From an uncultured Pseudomonadota bacterium (GTDB lineage Bacteria > SAR324 > NAC60-12): 22,092 nucleotides of DNA. The position numbers were made by a program, and so were the translations under genes. This document shows, piece by piece, positions 14,207-22,092 of the stretch (position 1 is its first letter; the number at the start of each line of letters is the position of its first letter). The stretch covers positions 1 through 22,092 of the forward strand of contig CAJWCD010000055.1 of NCBI GenBank assembly GCA_913020725.1, read 5' to 3'. Below the pieces are notes generated by a model. The model made no database searches. It worked only from the letters and a program-made list of their open reading frames with translations, and had not been told where the DNA came from.

Positions 14207-17088
14207 TGGCACGACGAATCCAAGCACACCGTTACCTCACCTTGCCGGAGCGTGGCAGGGAGCTTTCCTTCAAGTACAACGGCAAGAACCTCACGGGCTA
14301 CGAAACCGACACTATTGCCTCCGCACTGATGGCAGAGGAGGTCAAGATCACGAGCCGTAGCTTCAAGTACCACCGCCCTCGTGGACAGTTCGACGCCGAG
14401 GGGCATGGTCCGGAAGTGATGGTCACAGTGGACGACGAACCGAATCTCTGGGCAGACCTGATTCCGCTCCATGACGGCATCGAGGTCAAGTCACAAAATG
14501 CTTGGCCGTCTCCGGAGTTTGACATCGCGGCAATCAACCAGATCACCGTTCCGCTGCTCCCGAACGGGTTTTACTACAAGATGTTCCACAAACCCAAGTG
14601 GGTGTGGCCGCTTGCGGAAGCACAAATCCGCAAGGTCGCCGGACTTGGGAAGATCGACATCAAGGGACGGCACAACCAGCGGCGCTACGAAAAGCGCTAC
14701 CGCTTTCCGGATGTCTGCGTGATTGGCGGCGGGCCCGCAGGTTTGGGCGCGGCACTGGCGGCGTTGGAAGCGGGCAAGCAGGTGTTGCTCATCGAGAACC
14801 GCGCCGAACTCGGAGGCCATGCGCTCTTCGACCTGTCTCCTGTGTCCGGAAGCCCGGTTTCCGAACTGAACGGTCAGCCGGCCTATCAGGCAGCGCAAAC
14901 GCTGATCGAGGAATTGGCGGATTCACCGAATCTGGAGGTGATGGTCAACACCACGGTCTTTGCGCTTTACGAGGACAATCTCGTGGCCGCGCAGTGCGGC
15001 AACGATATGTTCAAAATTCGTGCAGAATCGGTGGTGCTCTGCCCTGGCGCGACCGACCGCCTACTGGTGTTTGAGAATAACGACATTCCCGGAGTGATGA
15101 GTGCCCGCGCGGTCGAACGCAGCATTGCCCGCCATGGAGTGCTTCCGGGGGAGAATGCTGTGGTTGTCACCACACACGACGGCGGCTACCACACCGCGAT
15201 GATGCTCCACGGAGCCGATGCAAAAGTGGTGGCAGTCGTGGACTCCCGGACGAATAACGCCCCCGGATGCTTTGAGAACCAAGCCCGCGAGGCTGGCATC
15301 GAAATCCACAAGGGGCACACCGTCCACCGTGCACGAGGAGGGCGGTTCGTTAATGGAATCGACATCGGCTCGCCGCACGGCAGCGACACCGCTCGCTCCT
15401 TCAATTGCGACCTGCTCGTGATGGCCGTCGGTTTCAAGCCCACGCTCAACCTGCTCTCGATGGGTGGCAAGACCCCAGTGTGGAACATCGAACGCGGCAT
15501 TCTGCAAGTGAACGAACTGCCGGAACACATCTACTCCGCAGGCGAAGTTCACGGCAACGCTTCCTTTGGGCGACTGCTGGAAGAAGGCAGCACTGCCGGA
15601 AAAGCAGCAGCCCAAGGCGCGGCCAATCCCACAACCTCCCGGACGGCGGAAGAGATCATCGCGGCCTTGCCTGCCGACATCGAGTGTGGCGGCAAGAACC
15701 ACTTCATCTGCAAATGTATGGATGTCACTCGCAACGAGGCCCAGGCTTCGATCAGCGAGGGCTACGATCAGGTGGAATCGCTCAAGCGCTACACCAGCAT
15801 GGGCATGGGTCCGTGTCAGGGCAAGAGCTGTCACGAGGCCATCGCCCGGCTGGCAGCCATCGACACAGGGCTGTCTCCGGAAGAGGCCATGCCGACCACG
15901 ATGCGCCCACCGTTCATGCCCACGACCTTCGGGATTCTGGCAGGACGCGCACCGCACCTTGGACCAATCCGGCGCACCGCGATGCACCACGCCCACATCG
16001 ACCGGAACGTGAAGTTCCTCGATGCCGGACAGTGGAAGCGTCCGGAATACTACACCACTCCCGAGGAGGAGGTGAAGCATGTCCGCACGAAGATCGGCAT
16101 GATTGACGTCAGCACCCTCGGAAAGATCGAACTTTCGGGTCCAGATGCGCTGGACTTCCTGCACTTCCTGCTGCCCGGTAAATTTCGGAAGCTTGCCGTG
16201 GGGAAAACGCGCTACTCTGTGATGATCGCCGAGGACGGCATTCTCTTTGAGGACGGCACACTTTCGCACGTCTCCGAGGGACGCTACTACCTCTCGACCA
16301 CCACAGGGAATCAGGATGCGATCATGTCGATGATGATGTGGTGGCTCACGGTGGAACCCCGCGACGTGCAGGTCAAAAACCTCAGCGGGGCCAATGCGGC
16401 AATCAATGTCACCGGTTCCGGAACACGGGAATTCCTGCAACCGCTCACGGATGTTAACCTTTCCAACGACGCCTTTCCGTACATGGCGTGCCGTGAAGGC
16501 ACCATCTCTGGGGTTCCGGTGATCATGTTCCGGATTGGCTTCACAGGCGAGTTGGGCTACGAAATCCACTACCCCGCCGAATACGGCGAGTCGCTGTGGA
16601 ACCATCTGCTCGCAGAGGGCAAGTCGCATGACCTCCGGCCTTTCGGGGTGGAGACCCAGCGCATCCTGCGTCTGGAGAAGGGGCACTTGATCCCCGGAAC
16701 CGACACGGACGCGCTCAGCAATCCCTATGAAGCCGGAGTGGGCTTCACCATCAAGGATGACAAACCCGACTTCCTCGGCAAGGCATTCCTCAAGGATTTC
16801 AAGGATCGTGGCATCGAGAACCGCTTGGTGCCGTATGTCCTCGACAAAGGCGCAGTGATTCCGGAAGACGGAGTCGCGGTGATCGAACAGGGCAAGGCCG
16901 TTGGCCGCGTCACCAGTTCCCGCACCAGCCCCACGCTGGAACAAGGGATTGGGCTCGCTTGGCTACCAGACAGCCTGGCGAAGACCGACCAACGATTTAC
17001 GATCCGCAACCGAAAAGGAATCGATTCCAAGGCAACGGTGATCGATCACGCATCGTATGACCCGCATGGAGAAAGGCTGAAGTCATGA
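14206..17088 (+). CDS. soxA: Sarcosine oxidase family subunit alpha, 960 aa, with a BFD-like four-Cys motif
   Basis: ATG 14206 in a TAATG overlap. DTIASAL, RSFKYHRPRG, GFYYKMF, VIGGGPAG, FENNDIPGVM, KRYT.MGMG.CQGK, and a C-terminal folate-binding domain (DVSTLGKI, RIGFTGELGYEI, LRLEKGH). Confidence 0.92.
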   Translation: MARRIQAHRYLTLPERGRELSFKYNGKNLTGYETDTIASALMAEEVKITSRSFKYHRPRGQFDAEGHGPEVMVTVDDEPNLWADLIPLHDGIEVKSQNAWPSPEFDIAAINQITVPLLPNGFYYKMFHKPKWVWPLAEAQIRKVAGLGKIDIKGRHNQRRYEKRYRFPDVCVIGGGPAGLGAALAALEAGKQVLLIENRAELGGHALFDLSPVSGSPVSELNGQPAYQAAQTLIEELADSPNLEVMVNTTVFALYEDNLVAAQCGNDMFKIRAESVVLCPGATDRLLVFENNDIPGVMSARAVERSIARHGVLPGENAVVVTTHDGGYHTAMMLHGADAKVVAVVDSRTNNAPGCFENQAREAGIEIHKGHTVHRARGGRFVNGIDIGSPHGSDTARSFNCDLLVMAVGFKPTLNLLSMGGKTPVWNIERGILQVNELPEHIYSAGEVHGNASFGRLLEEGSTAGKAAAQGAANPTTSRTAEEIIAALPADIECGGKNHFICKCMDVTRNEAQASISEGYDQVESLKRYTSMGMGPCQGKSCHEAIARLAAIDTGLSPEEAMPTTMRPPFMPTTFGILAGRAPHLGPIRRTAMHHAHIDRNVKFLDAGQWKRPEYYTTPEEEVKHVRTKIGMIDVSTLGKIELSGPDALDFLHFLLPGKFRKLAVGKTRYSVMIAEDGILFEDGTLSHVSEGRYYLSTTTGNQDAIMSMMMWWLTVEPRDVQVKNLSGANAAINVTGSGTREFLQPLTDVNLSNDAFPYMACREGTISGVPVIMFRIGFTGELGYEIHYPAEYGESLWNHLLAEGKSHDLRPFGVETQRILRLEKGHLIPGTDTDALSNPYEAGVGFTIKDDKPDFLGKAFLKDFKDRGIENRLVPYVLDKGAVIPEDGVAVIEQGKAVGRVTSSRTSPTLEQGIGLAWLPDSLAKTDQRFTIRNRKGIDSKATVIDHASYDPHGERLKS

Positions 17089-17753
17089 CGACCTTACTGA
17101 AACGCAGTGCCCTCTCCGGGGTCTATCGGATGAACGGCGCGAAGACCACCACGGTGGCAGGCTGGGAGATCGCCGAATCCTTCGGCGATGCCTCCCGCGA
17201 ACAAAGGCAACTTGCCGAAGGCGCGGTACTCGTCGATTGGTCGCACATCGGCAAACTCACCCTCTCGCGAGGGGATGCGGCAGCAGTCGCGGAACAGGGG
17301 ATTTCCGGAGCCTCCAAGACCGAGGTCCTGAGTACCATCGGCACTCAGGACCAAGTGGCCCTGCGGCTCACGCCGAACGACTTCCAACTGCTCTGCCAAC
17401 CCGGACAGGAGCAGGCCCTTTTGGAGAAGCTGGACTCGGCCAAAAGCACGGTCACAGACTCCACCGGGGCGCTGGCGTGCTTTGCGCTGGGAGGCCCACG
17501 ACGGGACGAGGTGCTGGAACGCTCCACTGCAGTGGATCTGCAGCGCGACAAGGTGGTTCCGGGATCGGTGATCCAACTCACGATCCACACGATCCACTGC
17601 ACCCTCTACCGCACGGAAAACCTAGAAATCCTCACCCATTCCCGCACCCTTTCGGAGTCGCTCTACGACGGCCTGATGGATGTCGGCGTGGGGGTCGGAC
17701 TGGTCCCCGCAGGACTGGGAACGATTCCAGTATCTTTTGAAAAGGAGAAGTGA
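17085..17753 (+). CDS. soxG: Sarcosine oxidase family subunit gamma (GcvT-like fold), 222 aa
   Basis: ATGA overlap with alpha. ALRLTPNDF.L, VTDSTG, LGGPRRDEVL...VDL. The N-terminus resembles GcvT (RSAL...GW...VDWSHIGKL). Confidence 0.75.
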   Translation: MTTLLKRSALSGVYRMNGAKTTTVAGWEIAESFGDASREQRQLAEGAVLVDWSHIGKLTLSRGDAAAVAEQGISGASKTEVLSTIGTQDQVALRLTPNDFQLLCQPGQEQALLEKLDSAKSTVTDSTGALACFALGGPRRDEVLERSTAVDLQRDKVVPGSVIQLTIHTIHCTLYRTENLEILTHSRTLSESLYDGLMDVGVGVGLVPAGLGTIPVSFEKEK

Positions 17754-18952
17754 TGACCCAGCGAATGTGGCACAACAAGGAGATCAAGGACAGTTACGAT
17801 GTGGTCATCATCGGCGGGGGGGCCCACGGGCTGGCCACCGCCTATTACCTTGCCGTCAATCACGGCATCACCAACGTCGCCATCCTTGAGCAGAAATTCA
17901 TCGGCTACGGCGGTTCCGGGCGTAACACCGCAATTTTGCGCTCAAACTACCGCACCGAGGAAGGCATCAAGTTCTACGACCAAGCCCTCAAGCTCTACGA
18001 GGACTTGTCACTGGAACTGGATTTCAACCTGATGTTCAGCCAGCAGGGGCACTTCACACTGGCGCACTCCACGGCTTCGATGCAAGCGCAGACCACCCGT
18101 GCAGCCTACAATCAAGCCTGTGGTGTGGACAGCTATGTCTTGGAACCCAAGGAGATCAAGGAGATGCTTCCGGAGATTGACATCACCGATCATCCCCGCT
18201 ATCCCATCCACGGGGCGCTCTACCACCCTCCGGGCGGGATCATCCGCCACGATGCCGTGGTCTGGGCCTACGCCCGCGCCTGCGATCGTGCCGGGGTCCA
18301 CATCCATCAACTCACGAAGATGGAGGACATCATCATGGCGGACGGCAAGGTCACGGGAGTGGTCACCAATCGTGGCAAGATCAGTTGCGGAATGCTCGTT
18401 TCCTGCGTGGCAGGTTGGAGTTCCGGAATCTGTGAACAGGTGGGGGTCAAGTTGGCGCTGGTCACGCACCCGCTGCAAGCGCTCGTGACCACGAGCTACA
18501 AGCCGTGGTTGCATCATGTCGTCGTCAGTTCCACCCTGCACATCTACCTCTCGCAAACGGATCGCGGCGAGTTGGTGTGCGGCAACGGGATTGACCACTA
18601 CCCGCACTACGGGATGCGCTCCACCCTCTCCTTTCTGGAAGGGTACGCCGCCCATGTGCTGGAACTCTTTCCCATCCTGCACAACGTCTCTGTGCAACGG
18701 GCGTGGGCCGGACTCTGCGACATGACTCCAGACTACAGCCCGATCATCTCGCTGATTGACGAAGTGCAGAACTTCATCGTCAACTGCGGATGGGGCACCT
18801 GGGGCTTCAAAGCCTCGCCCGCGAGTGGCTGGAACACCGCCGAGATGGTGGCGACGGGCAAGACCCCCGCCATGATCGAGCCGTTCCGCCATGATCGCTA
18901 CATCCGGAATCGGCTTGTCGGCGAGAAGGCAGCGGCCTCGGTGGGGAATTGA
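17753..18952 (+). CDS. soxB: Sarcosine oxidase family subunit beta
   Basis: AAGGAG (17742-17747) favours ATG 17753 over GTG 17750. YDVVIIGGGAHGLATAYYLA, GRNTAILRSNY, RHDAVVW (His at the covalent-FMN position), HPLQALVT, DMTPD.SPI, GWGTWGFKASP. Confidence 0.93.
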   Translation: MTQRMWHNKEIKDSYDVVIIGGGAHGLATAYYLAVNHGITNVAILEQKFIGYGGSGRNTAILRSNYRTEEGIKFYDQALKLYEDLSLELDFNLMFSQQGHFTLAHSTASMQAQTTRAAYNQACGVDSYVLEPKEIKEMLPEIDITDHPRYPIHGALYHPPGGIIRHDAVVWAYARACDRAGVHIHQLTKMEDIIMADGKVTGVVTNRGKISCGMLVSCVAGWSSGICEQVGVKLALVTHPLQALVTTSYKPWLHHVVVSSTLHIYLSQTDRGELVCGNGIDHYPHYGMRSTLSFLEGYAAHVLELFPILHNVSVQRAWAGLCDMTPDYSPIISLIDEVQNFIVNCGWGTWGFKASPASGWNTAEMVATGKTPAMIEPFRHDRYIRNRLVGEKAAASVGN

Positions 18953-19018
18953 TGGGAAATCTTTCTGTAATGATAAGGTTTTGTCATCTTGATCAAATAA
19001 TCGAGAGCGTGTGGACAA

Positions 19019-19186
19019 ATGTCAGAAACTGAAGACATTCGCTGGCAACAAAGATTTGAGAATTATGAAAAATCTTTTTTGCTTCTGAAAAAGGCATGCT
19101 CGATAGAAAACCCTTCTGTCACAGAGCGAGCCGGAATGATTCAGTTTTTTGAGACGAATTTAGAAATATTAAATAAGAATTTCTGA
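19019..19186 (+). pseudogene. Truncated HI0074-family nucleotidyltransferase substrate-binding (HEPN-like) protein (absent from the ORF track)
   Basis: Manual translation: MSETEDIRWQQRFENYEKSFLLLKKACSIENPSVTERAGMIQFFETNLEILNKNF*. DIRW.QRF.NY and ER.G.IQ.FE are the HI0074 N-terminal motifs. Only 55 aa, AT-rich, and no partner nucleotidyltransferase. Confidence 0.8.
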
Positions 19187-19257
19187 ATTTTACTTTCTGG
19201 CCTTTAAATGAAAAACTAAGGTCAATCATTTAACATTTCAACCCGAAAGAGGATCAT

Positions 19258-20043
19258 TTGGAAATCATCGTACCGATTAAACAGGTGCCGGACGTGGCCT
19301 TGAACATTAAGGTCAAGGACGGCGAAATTGTCCAAGAGGGCATCAGTTGGGTCATCAGCAGTTGGGATGAAACCGCACTGGAAGCCGCGCTCCAACTCAC
19401 CGAGGAAGTAGGTGGCGAAGTCACTGTCCTTTCGATCGGCACCGCCAAGGTGCAGGAAGCCCTCCGCAAAGCACTGGCGTTGGGAGCGCACAAGGCGCTG
19501 CACATTCAGTGCGATTCCAGCGCAGGCTGGGATTCGTACCAAGTTGCCAAGGTGCTGGCAAAAACCCTTGAAGGTCGAAGCTACGACCTCATCATCACCG
19601 GGAAGCAGGCGCAGGATTCCGATGCCGGGCTCACCCCGGCCATGCTCGCCGAATTCCTCGCCCTCCCGCAGGTGACGAACATCACCGCGTTCAAGGATAC
19701 CAGTGATACTAGCATCACCTTGCACCGCAAGGGCGATGACGGGATCGAGATTTCCAAAATGACCCTTCCGGGGGTGGTGACGGTGAATGACAGCCTTGCC
19801 GAACCCCGGCTGGCTTCGATGCGCGGCATCATGATGGCCAAGAAGAAACCGATGGAAGTCGTGGACAGCAATGCGCTGGGCTTGGCTCCGGAGGTTTTGC
19901 AATCCGGCGGACTGATGACCGAAGTGGTGCAGTACGACAAGCCGGATGAGCGCAAGGAAGGTCGGCGCTTCGAGGGCAATGAAACGGAGACGGTGCCTGA
20001 GGTCATGCGGAATTTGAAGGAAAACATCGGCTTGTTCGCCTAA
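19258..20043 (+). CDS. etfB: Electron transfer flavoprotein beta subunit
   Basis: IIVPIKQVPD, DETALEAAL, ALALGA, GKQAQDSDAG, EPRLASMRGIMMAKKKP. TTG start after AGAGGA. Confidence 0.95.
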   Translation: MEIIVPIKQVPDVALNIKVKDGEIVQEGISWVISSWDETALEAALQLTEEVGGEVTVLSIGTAKVQEALRKALALGAHKALHIQCDSSAGWDSYQVAKVLAKTLEGRSYDLIITGKQAQDSDAGLTPAMLAEFLALPQVTNITAFKDTSDTSITLHRKGDDGIEISKMTLPGVVTVNDSLAEPRLASMRGIMMAKKKPMEVVDSNALGLAPEVLQSGGLMTEVVQYDKPDERKEGRRFEGNETETVPEVMRNLKENIGLFA

Positions 20044-20065
20044 CCCACTTACAGAAAAACAAATA

Positions 20066-21028
20066 ATGTCAAAGATTCTCGTGGTTGCAGACCACAAATC
20101 TGGAAACCTCAAGGACAGCAGCAAGGAACTGCTGGGTTTTGCCTCCGGACTGGGTGCCGAAGTCAGCGCAGTCGTGATCGGCAGTGGCGTGTCCACAGTC
20201 GCGGATGAGGCGGCAGGACAAGGCGCAGCAACGGTTTATGTTGCCGATGACGCATCTCTGGAAGTTTATAGCACTGCACTCTACACCGGACTCGTCGTGG
20301 ACGCGGCTCAGCAGTCCGGAGCCACCCAGATTTGGCTCACCTCCACAGAGGCCGGACGCGATCTCACACCTCGTGTGGCCGCGCGTTTGGATGTCGGTGC
20401 CCTCAGCGATGTCACCAAGCTGGAAGTCAACGGCGATGACATCACGGCCTTCCGCCCCTGCATGGCGACCAAACTGGTTCAAGAGGTTCGCTTCAAGCAC
20501 GATGGCGTCCGGGTGATCAGCATCCGTGCTGGCAGCTTTGAGGTAGTCGAGAAAGCACCCACCTCCGCCAACGCCGTCCATCTCCCCCTTCCGGAAGCAG
20601 ATTCCCGGCTGGAACCGCTGGGGGTCGAGGTTGAGGTGAGCAACGAAATCTCGCTCAACGAAGCCCCGATCGTGGTTTCGGTGGGACGCGGCGCGGGGGG
20701 GCCGGACGGTTGCGAGTCCGTGCGTCCATTGGCACAGCAGATGGGAGCGGCGTTTGGCGCATCCCGTGCGGTCTGCGACGCGGGTTGGTTGCCGCACAAG
20801 CATCAGGTCGGCCAGACCGGAACGCAGGTCAAGCCCAACCTCTATGTCGCACTTGGCATTTCCGGGGCCATCCAGCACCTCGCAGGCATGTCCGGCTCCA
20901 AAACCATCGTTGCCGTCAACAAAGACCCCGACGCACCCATCTTCAAAGTTGCAGATTACGGTATCGTCGGCGACCTCTTCAAGGCCGTCCCGGTCATGCA
21001 GGAAGAAGTTGCCAAGCTGAAAGCCTAG
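20066..21028 (+). CDS. etfA: Electron transfer flavoprotein alpha subunit
   Basis: [66 protein letters not shown]. Confidence 0.96.
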   Translation: MSKILVVADHKSGNLKDSSKELLGFASGLGAEVSAVVIGSGVSTVADEAAGQGAATVYVADDASLEVYSTALYTGLVVDAAQQSGATQIWLTSTEAGRDLTPRVAARLDVGALSDVTKLEVNGDDITAFRPCMATKLVQEVRFKHDGVRVISIRAGSFEVVEKAPTSANAVHLPLPEADSRLEPLGVEVEVSNEISLNEAPIVVSVGRGAGGPDGCESVRPLAQQMGAAFGASRAVCDAGWLPHKHQVGQTGTQVKPNLYVALGISGAIQHLAGMSGSKTIVAVNKDPDAPIFKVADYGIVGDLFKAVPVMQEEVAKLKA

Positions 21029-21049
21029 CTTTTCGTGCCCACCCCTTTC

Positions 21050-21089
21050 CAAGAGGGACGAAAAGTCCGCTGGGGTTCCGTCCCTCTTG
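21050..21089. terminator. 11-bp perfect inverted repeat between convergent genes
   Basis: CAAGAGGGACG (21050-21060) / CGTCCCTCTTG (21079-21089), 21 nt after the etfA stop; no strong U-tract on the + strand. Confidence 0.55.
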
Positions 21090-21224
21090 ACCGCCGTTAC
21101 CACCTCGCGGTAACATTGATCAGCAACTGCCCAAAGATCAATAACCAATCAAACTAAAAAAAATTCAGCAGACCCTTCTTAGGAGGTTGCGGCAAGGCAT
21201 TGCTCCACTAAAACAGTCAATCCT

Positions 21225-21872
21225 TCAAAAACCAAAACCGATCCGGAGAATGGCAGCACCGCCGATGGCTCCGGTAATTGAGGTGTCGGCCTCGGCAGCA
21301 GCTTTTGTGACCCCGGTTTCTGTGCCGGATTTCAAGGTCGCCTTCAAGGAATCGGACAATTTCCCTCCCCTCATGACCCAATCGGCGCCAATGTACATGC
21401 CAAAGTCAAAGGTCCACTCATTACCGATGCCTAAGTTCACCTGAGTGGTTTCATAGGTGAGGTCATAAACGGTACTGCCCGTGAAGGCTTGGTCCTTCAA
21501 AGTTACACTGTACTTTCCATAGCCCAGCAGCCAGTTGAAGGAGTTCCCAGGATAAGAGCGGATATTGAATTCCAAGGTGGAGCCGGCCCAATCATAATAG
21601 GTGTACTCCCATTTGCCTGTGCTGGAATTATAAGTTGTACTTTTGACGGTTTTTGTTGTCCTGGAACCTCCAGCAAAGCCAATGGTGAAATCTTTTCCGG
21701 GGAACTCGACTTCAAGTGGTTGGGAAAGTAAATACAAACCATGAATCGCAACTGCTTTTGTGCCAAATCTAATGAACTGGCTGTCACGGTTGGAAGCCGA
21801 ATCCGCTGCGTACAGCGGAGCGGTGCAGGCACACAGTGCTAAGCTGATGACGAGTTTTTTCAGGAGTTTCAT
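21225..21872 (-). CDS. Exported protein, probable small outer-membrane beta-barrel, 215 aa
   Basis: Signal peptide MKLLKKLVISLALCACTAPLYA from ATG 21872. Alternating aromatic/Gly strands (FNIRSYPGNSFNWLLGYG, LGIGNEWTFDFGMYIGADW) and C-terminal LRIGFGF ending in Phe (beta-signal-like). Confidence 0.7.
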   Translation of the reverse strand: MKLLKKLVISLALCACTAPLYAADSASNRDSQFIRFGTKAVAIHGLYLLSQPLEVEFPGKDFTIGFAGGSRTTKTVKSTTYNSSTGKWEYTYYDWAGSTLEFNIRSYPGNSFNWLLGYGKYSVTLKDQAFTGSTVYDLTYETTQVNLGIGNEWTFDFGMYIGADWVMRGGKLSDSLKATLKSGTETGVTKAAAEADTSITGAIGGAAILRIGFGF

Positions 21873-22030
21873 TGTCGTTTGCTTGGGTTGAAAGCTCACG
21901 GCTTCCGGATTCGCAGCAAGTGGCTTCAAAGGCAGATTTCATCTTCAAGTCAAGCCCAAGGGCCGTTGCCTGTGCAATGCAAAACCTTTTCCTAGAAGGT
22001 GGAGCTGTAGGTGATTTCCTTTATTAGACC

Positions 22031-22092
22031 TTATCGTAAATAAGCGCGTGAGTCGGCGCGGAATTTTTCCGTTTCGGTTTCGGGGTTCATGC
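22031..22092 (-). CDS. Possible 3' end of a gene entering from outside the window
   Basis: Minus-strand frame ...MNPETETEKFRADSRAYLR* is open to the window edge; no motif recognised. Confidence 0.25.
   Translation of the reverse strand, partial: MNPETETEKFRADSRAYLR

Noticed and set aside
13778..14227. 149-aa minus-strand ORF over soxD
   Set aside because: It is antisense to a clear soxD and its promoter region, with no motif.
15061..16944. 627-aa antisense ORF, and similar ones at 18008-19018, 19222-20196, 20069-21148 and 3974-4786
   Set aside because: These are shadow frames opposite well-supported genes in GC-rich DNA, with no recognisable motifs.
13919..18952. Reading the sox genes as sulfur oxidation or hydrogen cyanide synthase genes
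   Set aside because: The motifs are those of the sarcosine oxidase family. The delta and gamma subunits and the folate-binding domain are not part of HcnABC or thiosulfate Sox systems.
18966..18984. Fur-box-like TAATGATAA
   Set aside because: Only 11 of 19 positions match the Fur consensus, and the right half is poor.
19010..19018. TGTGGACAA, a one-mismatch DnaA box
   Set aside because: It is a single copy far from rpmH with no cluster, so it is not evidence for oriC.

Overview
Bacterial chromosomal window, mostly GC-rich with short AT-rich patches; gene style suggests a deltaproteobacterial or SAR324-like organism (inference only). A housekeeping block (greA, an exported M16A peptidase, cyaY, rpmH-rnpA-yidD-yidC) sits between two clusters for glycine, N-methyl and one-carbon metabolism. 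Left: the end of an aldehyde dehydrogenase, a membrane coiled-coil ORF, and an 878-aa fusion of glycine-cleavage T protein (GcvT) to an archaeal-type serine hydroxymethyltransferase, with no gcvH/gcvP/lpd in the window. Right: a ProX-type tRNA editing gene, an AT-rich DAO-family flavoprotein, a sarcosine-oxidase-like operon in the permuted order delta-alpha-gamma-beta, and etfBA. The alpha subunit carries four cysteines in a BFD-like [2Fe-2S] motif. The best candidate for an unusual system is an ETF-coupled, Fe-S-containing sarcosine/N-methyl-amino-acid dehydrogenase feeding CH2-THF and glycine to the GcvT-SHMT fusion; this is a hypothesis, not demonstrated. Also present: a decayed IS4-family element with intact terminal inverted repeats (10390-11606), truncated M20 amidohydrolase and HI0074/HEPN remnants, REP-like hairpins and a small beta-barrel-like exported protein. 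rpmH and the HI0074 fragment are missing from the supplied ORF track.
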